A stretch of 51,702 nt of DNA from positions 1-51,702 of the forward strand of contig JBJFEZ010000020.1 in NCBI GenBank assembly GCA_051891195.1, given 5' to 3'. The stretch comes from Clostridia bacterium (GTDB lineage Bacteria; Bacillota; Clostridia; TANB77; CAG-508). Below are positions 1 through 9,657 of the stretch, piece after piece. The position numbers and the translations under genes were made by a program. Numbering within the stretch: position 1 is the first letter of the stretch; every line of letters begins with the position of its first letter. A model generated the notes under the pieces. It saw nothing but the letters and a program-made list of their open reading frames with translations. It made no database searches and had not been told where the DNA came from.

Positions 1-274
1 AACAGAATACGGAACAGAGAAGGCTTACTGGCTCGCTTCTCGCGGTGTCGTAGCTAATTCTGACTTTGCTGGCTTAGGCCCGGGAGCTGTTTACTCAGGA
101 GGTGGGATGACCTGTGCGGTTAGTTGCGACGGCGGCTTTGACTCTGACGGCGACTCTGACGTTGGCAGTTTGGCGGTGCGCCCCGTAGTTTGTCTAGACC
201 CTGCAGTCACAGTTGACCAAATACAAAAAATAGCAGACCAACCAGATTCTTGGGGAACTATAGAAGAAGAGTAG
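1..274 (+). CDS. DGR target protein, C-terminal fragment (5' end outside window); CLec-type C-terminal domain
   Basis: Frame +2 is open from base 2 to TAG at 272-274: TEYGTEKAYWLASRGVVANSDFAGLGPGAVYSGGGMTCAVSCDGGFDSDGDSDVGSLAVRPVVCLDPAVTVDQIQKIADQPDSWGTIEEE*. It contains the VR. YWLxSR...AVRPVV is typical of DGR target CLec domains. Absent from the ORF track because no start codon lies in the window. Confidence 0.9.
   Translation, partial: TEYGTEKAYWLASRGVVANSDFAGLGPGAVYSGGGMTCAVSCDGGFDSDGDSDVGSLAVRPVVCLDPAVTVDQIQKIADQPDSWGTIEEE
29..188 (+). repeat. DGR variable region (VR)
   Basis: Ungapped 160-nt match to 1193-1352 (offset 1164). By hand count there are 23 mismatches, 22 at TR adenines (15 A>G, 7 A>T, 0 A>C) and one T>A at 76/1240. 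Ends in the GC-rich GGCGGTGCGCCCC. Confidence 0.97.
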
Positions 275-293
275 AATTGTTGATAGGTATTTA

Positions 294-318
294 CCAAGAA
301 GGCCTTTGGTCTTCTTGG
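294..318 (+). terminator. Stem-loop downstream of DGR target gene (terminator and/or DGR cis hairpin)
   Basis: CCAAGAAGGCC-TTT-GGTCTTCTTGG: 11-bp stem with one G-U pair; a T-run follows a few nt later. Confidence 0.6.
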
Positions 319-360
319 ATGAAATTTTTTCAAAGTATAAAAATTATAAAAGGATAACAA

Positions 361-813
361 ATGGGAATTGTAAATATAGTAAAAAATATAAAACAAATTC
401 ACTCAAAAGACATTGTTTTAATTCGCATAGGTAAATTTTTTTATACATATGGGAAAGATGCATATATTTTATCATATTTGTTTCAATATAAATTAATGAA
501 TATTGAAGGTGAAAACGTATACTCTTGCGCTTTCCCTGCACAGTCTTTTTCAAAGGTAATTGCCCACATAGAAAATAAAAGAATAAATTATATAGTGGTA
601 GATAAAAGAAACAATTATGATATTGAAGAAAAATCTGACAATAAAAATTTAAATACATATGATGAACAGTTTGAAAAAGCAAAAAAATATGTGAACTTAA
701 AAATTAGAATAGAAAATATATCATATTATTTATTAAAACATATATACGATGAAAAGACTATACAAAAAATAAGTCAAATGGAAGAAATTATTAATGAAAC
801 AAGAAAAGTTTAA
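361..813 (+). CDS. MutS domain I-like DGR accessory protein (MSL-type)
   Basis: KQIHSKDIVLIRIGKFFYTYGKDAYILS...CAFP resembles the MutS N-terminal mismatch-binding domain (K...D.LL.FR.GDFYE.F..DA...GVP). Lies between VR and avd; RBS AAGGA. Confidence 0.75.
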   Translation: MGIVNIVKNIKQIHSKDIVLIRIGKFFYTYGKDAYILSYLFQYKLMNIEGENVYSCAFPAQSFSKVIAHIENKRINYIVVDKRNNYDIEEKSDNKNLNTYDEQFEKAKKYVNLKIRIENISYYLLKHIYDEKTIQKISQMEEIINETRKV

Positions 814-1144
814 AATTATACAATTTATTAGAGAATTTATTCTATATATAGATAACAATTTAGATAATTTCCCTAAAAAAGATATTGAACTAAAAAACAA
901 AATAAGAAATATAAGTTATGAATTACTGGAATTATCATATAAAGCTAATGTAACTTCTAACATAGAATATAAAAGAGACTTACTAGAAGAAATAATTGCA
1001 AAAATAAAAGTTATAGACTTTTTACTAAACCTATGTTATGAAAAACAAATTATAAACAGTAAAAGATATGTAAAATTTGGAGAAAAAATGGATGATATTT
1101 TAAAATATACATTGGGTTGGATAAAATCTATAAACCAAACTTAA
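794..1144 (+). CDS. avd: DGR accessory variability determinant (Avd-like four-helix bundle)
   Basis: 116 aa, predicted helical, with FPK near the N-terminus and C-terminal ...LGWIKS. Immediately upstream of the TR, the canonical avd position. Confidence 0.85.
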   Translation: MKQEKFKIIQFIREFILYIDNNLDNFPKKDIELKNKIRNISYELLELSYKANVTSNIEYKRDLLEEIIAKIKVIDFLLNLCYEKQIINSKRYVKFGEKMDDILKYTLGWIKSINQT

Positions 1145-1192
1145 AGTGTGTAAAAAATTTTCCCTCACATTATTCATAGGGCTTAGTTGTAT

Positions 1193-1352
1193 AGGCTCGC
1201 TTCTCGCGGTGTCGTAGCTAATTCTGACAATGCTAACTTTGGCCCGGGAGCTGTTAACTCAGAAGATGGGATGACCAATGCGAATAGTTGCAACAACGAC
1301 TTTAACTCTAACGGCAACTCTAACGATGACAGTTTGGCGGTGCGCCCCGTAG
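1193..1352 (+). repeat. DGR template repeat (TR)
   Basis: Adenine-rich copy of the VR with 12 AAY codons in the VR frame and 40 adenines, of which 22 differ in the VR. Followed by an IMH*-like diverged tail (CTTCTATAAAC versus VR TTTGTCTAGAC). Confidence 0.97.
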
Positions 1353-1513
1353 CTTCTATAAACTGTGGTTATGTAATTATAAATTGCATAAGAGATAATA
1401 TAGAAACAAACTAATGTCCTTTTGCTAAAAAGCAATAAACAAAAATAGATAAATTTATTTGTTAGTAATAAATTTAAAATTTGTGAAAGGGAGTAAATTT
1501 TAGAACTATTTTT

Positions 1514-1537
1514 AAGTAGCTAATTGCTACTTTTTTT
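1514..1537 (+). terminator. Intrinsic terminator ending the avd-TR transcript
   Basis: AAGTAGC-TAATT-GCTACTT followed by a T-run on +; abuts the RT stop codon. Confidence 0.7.
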
Positions 1538-2513
1538 AATTATTTATAAATTTATTTAAACTTTGTTGGACTTTAGAAGGACATAAATGTTTATAACACG
1601 CCATACTACTTAAAATGCTACATAAATTTATATAACCACTTTTATATTGAAAAAGTTTTTTATTTAGTTTTCTACTAACATTACGGTATCTAACATATTT
1701 TCCTTTTTTATTTCTTCCTAAAAAAGTAAAATTATTATTACTAGTATAAATTCTGCTTTTAGAGTTTAGTGTTAATTTTTCTTTACTTAAAAATTTTTGA
1801 ATTTCTAGTAAACAATATTTTAAATATGATTTTGATTGATGAAACAATAAAAAATCATCTTGATATCTAACATAATATTTAATTTTTAATTGTTCTTTAA
1901 CAAAATGGTCAAAATCATTTAAATAAAAAATGGCTAATACTTGACTTGTCATATTGCCAATACTTAAGCCTGCTTCATCACTATCTATAATAGAAAAAAC
2001 AATATTTAGAGCATCTTTGTCTTTTATTTTTCTCTTTAATTTTTGCTTTAAGATATTATGATCAATACTAGCAAAAAATTTGCTTATATCACATTTTAAA
2101 ATATAATACTTTTCATATTTTGTTCTACATATCTTATGATAGTTTGTAGCCAACTCTACTCCCTTTTTTGTTCCCATATTTTTTCTGCTTGCAACATTTA
2201 CATCTACTAAGCAAGGCAACAAAGCTGGATACAAAATATGTCTACTAACTAAATGATTAATAATTTTATCATGCATAGTTTGGCTAACAATACGCCTTTG
2301 CTTAGGCTCATAAATAGTAAAAACATTATAAGGTCCAACAACATAATTTTTATTTTTTAAAGTAGAATAAACCCTAGAAACATAAATACATTTATATTCT
2401 CTATAATTACGTACTTTTCTTTTATTTCTGGTATTTTTACAAATTTCATCAAATGCATCAAATATATTTTCAAGACAATAAATATTTTCATATAGATTAC
2501 TTTTTCTTTTCAT
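1536..2513 (-). CDS. DGR reverse transcriptase
   Basis: 325 aa. Motifs EPKQRRI, LKCDISKFF, GLSIGNMTSQ (DGR-type IGxxxSQ), YVRYQDD and FLG. No maturase or endonuclease domain. Confidence 0.95.
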   Translation of the reverse strand: MKRKSNLYENIYCLENIFDAFDEICKNTRNKRKVRNYREYKCIYVSRVYSTLKNKNYVVGPYNVFTIYEPKQRRIVSQTMHDKIINHLVSRHILYPALLPCLVDVNVASRKNMGTKKGVELATNYHKICRTKYEKYYILKCDISKFFASIDHNILKQKLKRKIKDKDALNIVFSIIDSDEAGLSIGNMTSQVLAIFYLNDFDHFVKEQLKIKYYVRYQDDFLLFHQSKSYLKYCLLEIQKFLSKEKLTLNSKSRIYTSNNNFTFLGRNKKGKYVRYRNVSRKLNKKLFQYKSGYINLCSILSSMACYKHLCPSKVQQSLNKFINN

Positions 2514-2525
2514 TTTATCACCACT

Positions 2526-2942
2526 TTAGTTAATAATTTTATATAATTTCTGTTGTATTGTATATAAAAACTCATATGCTTGGCTAATAGAAAGATCATT
2601 AATATTTGTTTTTAAAATTTTGTCAACAATACATTTTAAGTCCTCGTTGTGAATATAGTCATTAGATGTCAAAGAACCGTCATTTTCTAAAGAGACAATT
2701 TCAATATTATAAGGGGTATCTTTTAAAAGATTTAAATATTTTTGCAAAGAGTTTATAGGAAATCCACACTTTACTATGGTTTCATTTAAATTTCCTAATT
2801 TTAAATTTAAATAATTAGACATAACTTTAGCATCATTATCAATAAAAATAAAAAATAGTCCTACTTTAAATAGATAAAATGTGTTTGGTTTATAATTAGA
2901 ACTGCTCTTTAACTCTTGATATTTTTTATATATTTTACTCAT
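2526..2942 (-). CDS. Mini-MutS-like protein (domain I plus MutS C-terminal-like helix pair)
   Basis: YQELK...YLFKVGLFFIFIDNDA...KCGFP resembles MutS domain I. C-terminal ILKTNINDLSISQAYEFLYTIQQKL resembles the MutS C-terminal oligomerisation motif. Start set at ATG 2942 after GGAGG. Confidence 0.75.
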   Translation of the reverse strand: MSKIYKKYQELKSSSNYKPNTFYLFKVGLFFIFIDNDAKVMSNYLNLKLGNLNETIVKCGFPINSLQKYLNLLKDTPYNIEIVSLENDGSLTSNDYIHNEDLKCIVDKILKTNINDLSISQAYEFLYTIQQKLYKIIN

Positions 2943-3048
2943 ATGTACCTCCATTTTTTATTATAAAAAATTTTGAAAAGATTCTGTAAACATTGATACA
3001 AGCTTTAATAAATTTATATATTTTACATATATTGGTATACTATATGTA

Positions 3049-3077
3049 AGTATACTATACTAAAAAACAACTGTCAA
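3049..3077 (-). promoter_or_regulatory. Sigma-A promoter for the mini-MutS/RT operon
   Basis: Minus strand TTGACA (3077-3072), 17-nt spacer, TATACT (3054-3049). Confidence 0.7.
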
Positions 3078-3160
3078 GAGATAATCTTATATGTTAATAT
3101 ACTATATATATGTATAGCAAATACAATAAAAAATAAGTATCTTACAATGTGGAGGAAATT

Positions 3161-3388
3161 ATGAAAAATTTTGGAAGAGTAGATATGACTTTAGATGAAT
3201 ATTTAAAAAAACATAAGATAAGTAAGTCTAGTTTAACAAGAAAAACAGAATTGCAGTATAGCCAAATTTTAAGGTATTGTAGAAATGAAGCTCAAAAAAT
3301 AGATTTATCAATATTAGCTAAACTATGTACGGTTTTAGAATGTGACATAACCGACATATTAAAATTAACAAGAGGGAAACTAGAATAA
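3161..3388 (+). CDS. Cro/CI (XRE)-type HTH transcriptional regulator
   Basis: LDEYLKKHKISKSSLTRKTELQYSQILRYC...IDLSILAKLCTVLECDITDIL; GGAGG precedes ATG 3161. Confidence 0.85.
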   Translation: MKNFGRVDMTLDEYLKKHKISKSSLTRKTELQYSQILRYCRNEAQKIDLSILAKLCTVLECDITDILKLTRGKLE

Positions 3389-3519
3389 TTTTTATCAAAT
3401 ATAGCAGGAGTTTAATCAACTGCTATTTTTATTTCATTTTTAGTATAGAAATATTGTAAAATTTGTAAAAATCAAGTATAATAGATAATGTATTTTAATG
3501 TAAAGGGAATGATTTATAA

Positions 3520-4536
3520 ATGGAAGAAAATAAAAAACGTATGCTAACAGGGGATAGACCTACAGGAAGACTACATATTGGTCATTATTTTGGATCTTTA
3601 AAAACAAGAGTAGAAATGCAAAATAGTGGCAAGTATGACCCATATATTTTAATTGCAGATGTTCAAGCATTAACAGATAATTTTACAAACCCAGAAAAAG
3701 TAAGGGAAAATGTAAAACAGGTTATATTAGACTATTTATCTGTAGGAATTGACCCTGAAAAAACAACCATATATATTCAGTCAATGGTACCAGAAACAGC
3801 TGAACTAACAGTATTTTATTCAAATTTGGTAACTATTGCAAGACTAGAAAGAAACCCAACTGTAAAAACAGAAATAGCTCAAAAAAAAGAAGTGTTTGGA
3901 GAAAGTGTTACATATGGTTTTTTGGGATACCCAGTAAGCCAAGCAGCAGATATTACAGTAGTAGATGGTGCCTATGTACCTGTTGGGGAAGACCAATTAC
4001 CTTTAATAGAACAATGCAGAGAAATAGTAAGAAAATTTAATAGTATATATGGAGAAGTATTAACAGAACCTGAACCTGTACTTTCAACAACAAAAAGAAT
4101 TAAAGGATTAGACGGGAATGATAAAATGGGCAAATCTTTAGGAAATGCTATTTATTTATCAGATACTGAAGAAGAAATAAATAAAAAGGTAATGAGCGCA
4201 GTAACAGACCCATCTAGAATAAAAAAGGACGACTTAGGAAATCCTGAAGTTTGTATGGTTGCATATTATCACAATTTATTTAGCAAAGAGGACGAAGTAA
4301 AAACAGTTTGCGAAGAATGCAAAGCAGGCAAAAGGGGCTGTGTTGCTTGTAAAAAACAATTAGCATATAACATAAATGAATTTTTAAACCCAATACGTGA
4401 AAAAAGAAAATATTATGAAGAAAGACCTGAACTAGTAGAAAATATACTAAAAGAGGGAACTGAAAAAACTAGAAAAACAGCTAAAGAAACTATGAAAAAA
4501 GTAAAAAAAGCAATGAAACTAGATTATTTTGAATAG
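3520..4536 (+). CDS. trpS: Tryptophanyl-tRNA synthetase
   Basis: TGDRPTGRLHIGH, VPVGEDQ, KMGKS. Confidence 0.97.
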   Translation: MEENKKRMLTGDRPTGRLHIGHYFGSLKTRVEMQNSGKYDPYILIADVQALTDNFTNPEKVRENVKQVILDYLSVGIDPEKTTIYIQSMVPETAELTVFYSNLVTIARLERNPTVKTEIAQKKEVFGESVTYGFLGYPVSQAADITVVDGAYVPVGEDQLPLIEQCREIVRKFNSIYGEVLTEPEPVLSTTKRIKGLDGNDKMGKSLGNAIYLSDTEEEINKKVMSAVTDPSRIKKDDLGNPEVCMVAYYHNLFSKEDEVKTVCEECKAGKRGCVACKKQLAYNINEFLNPIREKRKYYEERPELVENILKEGTEKTRKTAKETMKKVKKAMKLDYFE

Positions 4537-4550
4537 AGGTAAAACACATT

Positions 4551-6435
<1,885 letters not shown>

Positions 6436-6509
6436 AATTTTCATTTGATTTTCTTACGTTTACTACTTGAAAAACAAAATAAAATATGATAAACTAAAAA
6501 AGTATATTT

Positions 6510-6766
6510 TAAAAGCAACCAAAAAGGACAACACAATTTTGAAAAAAGGCTTACAGAGAGCTAAACAGTTGGTGAAAGTTTAGTAGCAACTTAACAATAT
6601 TGTTATCACCTTTTAGCTGTTTCTTTGAAACAATAGTAAAAGAAAACGTATTCCTGCGTTAAAGGTTAAAAAGAGAAAAGAAAAAATAAAATTCTTTTAA
6701 ATTAGGTGGTACCGCGGAAAACAAAGCCATTTCGTCCTAAAACATATTGGATGAAATGGCTTTTTT
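6510..6766 (+). promoter_or_regulatory. T-box riboswitch (Ile)
   Basis: Stem I AGAGA and GGTGAAA elements, candidate specifier ATC at 6605-6607, T-box AGGTGGTACCGCG at 6704-6716 and terminator at 6723-6766; upstream of ileS. Confidence 0.93.
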
Positions 6767-6851
6767 GTGTCAATGGGGATGTAAGTTTTTGACACAGAAA
6801 GAAATATTAATAAAAACAGTTTGTGTCAAAAACTTAGTCTCCATTGATACA
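6766..6851. repeat. Inverted doublet of ~30-nt palindromic units (REP/REPIN-like)
   Basis: 6766-6796 TGTGTCAATGGGGATGTAAGTTTTTGACACA and 6822-6851 TGTGTCAAAAACTTAGTCTCCATTGATACA are imperfect reverse complements. Each is itself bounded by TGTGTCAA..TTGAYACA. Confidence 0.65.
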
Positions 6852-6874
6852 AAGTTTAAGAGGGGGAAAATAAA

Positions 6875-9643
6875 ATGTCAGAAGAAAAACAAGATTATGG
6901 TAAAACATTAAATTTGCCAAGTACAGAGTTTCCTATGAGAGGAAATTTACCAGAAAATGAACCAAAAACAAAAGCAGAAGTTTTTGATAATGGTTTATAT
7001 GAGAAAATGTTAAAGAAAAATGAAGGGCATAAAACATATATATTACACGATGGACCTCCATATGCAAACGGAGAAATTCATATGGGACACGCCTTAAACA
7101 AAGTATTAAAAGATACAGTTAACCGTTTTAAAAGCTTGCAAGGATACCAAACAATATATATTCCAGGATATGACACACACGGACTTCCTACAGAAAAAAA
7201 AGCAATACAAGCATTAGGACTTAATAGAGAAGAATTAAGTGTTTCAAAATTTAGAGATACTTGCCGTGAATTTGCTTTAGAATATGTTGACAAACAAACA
7301 GAAGGGTTTAAAAGACTAGGCGTTTTGGGGGATTGGGAGCACCCATATATTACACTTGAACCTGAATTTGAAGCAAGACAAATTGAAATATTTGCAGAAA
7401 TGTATAAAAAGGGATATATTTATAAAGGTTTAAAACCAGTTCACTGGTGTATTGATTGTGAAACAGCTTTAGCAGAAGCTGAAATAGAATATAAAGATAT
7501 TGTGTCTCCTTCTATTTATGTAAAATTTCCAGTAGTAGATGGAAAAGGAGTATTAGATACAGATACAAGTATTGTAATTTGGACAACAACTCCTTGGACA
7601 CTTCCAGGAAACACAGGTATTGCTGTTGGAGGAGAATATGATTATAGCTTAATAGAATGTGAAAAAGGAAAGCTAGTAATGGCAACACTTTTAGTAGACG
7701 AAGTAATGGAAAAGATTGGCGCAAAAGACTATAAAACATTAAAAGTAGTAAAAGGTGCAGAATTAGAAAATATACTTTGTCAACATCCATTCTTAGATAG
7801 AACTTCAAGAGTAGTACTTGGAGGAGAAAATGACGTAGCAGTAGATTTAAGTACAGGTACTGGTGCAGTACATACAGCACCTAGTTATGGTAAAGAAGAC
7901 TATTTGTGTGGTTTAAGAACTGGACTAGATATTATTGTTACTGTTAATGGAAAAGGTTACCAAACAGAGGGCGCAGGACCTTTTGTAGGACTTTCTTGTG
8001 ATGAATCTAACAAAGTAATACCAGAATGGTTAGAAGAACACGGTTACTTATTAAGAAAAGAAGGAATAAACCACTCTTATCCACATTGCTGGAGATGTAA
8101 AAATCCAATTATATTTAGAGCAACAGACCAATGGTTTGCATCTGTAGATGGATTTAGAAAAGAAACTTTAGAAGCTATAAAAACTGTTAACTGGACACCT
8201 AGTTGGGGAGAAGAAAGAATTGCAAGTATGGTAAAAGATAGAAATGACTGGTGTATTTCAAGACAACGTACTTGGGGAGTTCCAATTCCAATATTCTATT
8301 GTAAAGAATGTGGAAAAGAATATGCTACAGAAGAAAGCTTTAAAAAGATAGAAAAATTATTTAGAGAGAAAGGTTCAAATGCTTGGTTTGATTTAGACGA
8401 AAAAGATTTACTACCAGAAGGAGCTAAATGTGAAAAATGTGGTTCACACGAATTTAAAAAAGAAACAGATATTATGGATGTTTGGTTTGACTCTGGTACA
8501 ACATATCAAGGTGTATTAGTAGAAAGAGGACTTCCATTCCCAGCAGACCTTTACTTAGAAGGACACGACCAATATAGAGGATGGTTCCAATCATCGCTTT
8601 TAACATCTGTTGCAGCTAAAGGAGTTGCCCCATATAAGGCAATATTAACACATGGTTGGGTAGTAGATGCACAAGGAAACAAAATGTCTAAATCTTTAGG
8701 AAATGGTATTAGCCCACAAGAGATTATAAACGAATATGGTGCAGATATTTTAAGACTATGGGTATTAGCTTCAGATTTCAAATCTGATATTAGTATTTCA
8801 AGAGATATTTTAAAACAAATTAGTGAAGCTTATAGAAAAATAAGAAACACAGCAAGATACATTTTAGGAAATACATCAGACTTTGACCCAGAAAAACCAG
8901 TTGCATATAAAGATTTGGAAGAAATAGATAAATGGGCTTTAGCTAAATTAAATAAATTAGTAAAAAGTTGCACAGAAAATTATGAGTTATTCAACTTCCA
9001 TTTAGTATATCACGACATAAACCAATTCTGTGTATCGGATATGAGTAATTTCTATTTAGACATTATAAAAGACAGACTATATACTTCTAAAGCAGATGCC
9101 TTAGAAAGACGCTCAGCACAAACAACTATGTATATAATATTAGATGCTTTAGTAAAAATGGTAGCACCAATAATTTGTTATACAGCAGAAGAAATATGGA
9201 AATATATGAAACACACTAAAAAAGAACAAGTAGAAAGTGTAATGCTAAGTGATTGGCCAGAATTAAATGCAGAATATGATAATGAAGAACTAGAAGAAAA
9301 GTGGAATTATATCTTAAAATTAAAAGAATTAGTAGCTAAAGAGTTAGAATTAGCAAGAGCTGAAAAAGTAATAGGACATTCTCTAAATGCAAAAGTTACT
9401 TTATTTGCTAATGAAAAAGAGTATCAATTCTTAAATGAAAATAAAGAACTTTTAGAAACAGTATTTATTGTTTCTGACTTAGAAATAAAAGAAAATGAAA
9501 GAAAAGATGAAACAAAACTTGGTGTAAAAGTAGAAACAGCAGAAGGAGAAAAATGTGAAAGGTGTTGGAAATACTCTAAGGAAGTAGGAAAAAGCAGCGA
9601 ACATCCAACTCTTTGCCACAGATGTGTTGAAGCTATTAGCTAA
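6875..9643 (+). CDS. ileS: Isoleucyl-tRNA synthetase (type 1)
   Basis: HDGPPYANG, HMGH, WCISRQR, KMSKS and a C-terminal CERC..CHRC zinc finger. Confidence 0.98.
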   Translation: MSEEKQDYGKTLNLPSTEFPMRGNLPENEPKTKAEVFDNGLYEKMLKKNEGHKTYILHDGPPYANGEIHMGHALNKVLKDTVNRFKSLQGYQTIYIPGYDTHGLPTEKKAIQALGLNREELSVSKFRDTCREFALEYVDKQTEGFKRLGVLGDWEHPYITLEPEFEARQIEIFAEMYKKGYIYKGLKPVHWCIDCETALAEAEIEYKDIVSPSIYVKFPVVDGKGVLDTDTSIVIWTTTPWTLPGNTGIAVGGEYDYSLIECEKGKLVMATLLVDEVMEKIGAKDYKTLKVVKGAELENILCQHPFLDRTSRVVLGGENDVAVDLSTGTGAVHTAPSYGKEDYLCGLRTGLDIIVTVNGKGYQTEGAGPFVGLSCDESNKVIPEWLEEHGYLLRKEGINHSYPHCWRCKNPIIFRATDQWFASVDGFRKETLEAIKTVNWTPSWGEERIASMVKDRNDWCISRQRTWGVPIPIFYCKECGKEYATEESFKKIEKLFREKGSNAWFDLDEKDLLPEGAKCEKCGSHEFKKETDIMDVWFDSGTTYQGVLVERGLPFPADLYLEGHDQYRGWFQSSLLTSVAAKGVAPYKAILTHGWVVDAQGNKMSKSLGNGISPQEIINEYGADILRLWVLASDFKSDISISRDILKQISEAYRKIRNTARYILGNTSDFDPEKPVAYKDLEEIDKWALAKLNKLVKSCTENYELFNFHLVYHDINQFCVSDMSNFYLDIIKDRLYTSKADALERRSAQTTMYIILDALVKMVAPIICYTAEEIWKYMKHTKKEQVESVMLSDWPELNAEYDNEELEEKWNYILKLKELVAKELELARAEKVIGHSLNAKVTLFANEKEYQFLNENKELLETVFIVSDLEIKENERKDETKLGVKVETAEGEKCERCWKYSKEVGKSSEHPTLCHRCVEAIS

Positions 9644-9657
9644 GGGAGAAAAAACTT

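Larger units (their letters stand above)
1145..1537 (+). ncRNA. Putative DGR template RNA (5' flank + TR + structured spacer)
   Basis: Non-coding gap between avd and the convergent RT. Nested complementary segments flank the TR and an intrinsic terminator closes it. Boundaries are inferred. Confidence 0.6.

Noticed and set aside
91-682. Minus-strand ORFs 91-402 and 344-682
   Set aside because: Antisense shadows of the DGR target and MutS-like genes, with no recognisable motifs.
1187-1414. 75-aa ORF MYRLASRGVV... as a protein-coding gene
   Set aside because: It is the TR read in the VR frame (Asn-rich from AAY codons). TTG start with no convincing RBS; TRs are typically open because they mirror a coding VR.
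1536-2513. RT as group II intron, retron or CRISPR-associated RT
   Set aside because: Short, no maturase/endonuclease or Cas1 fusion, has the DGR-type GxxxSQ motif, and an A-specific TR/VR pair plus avd are adjacent.
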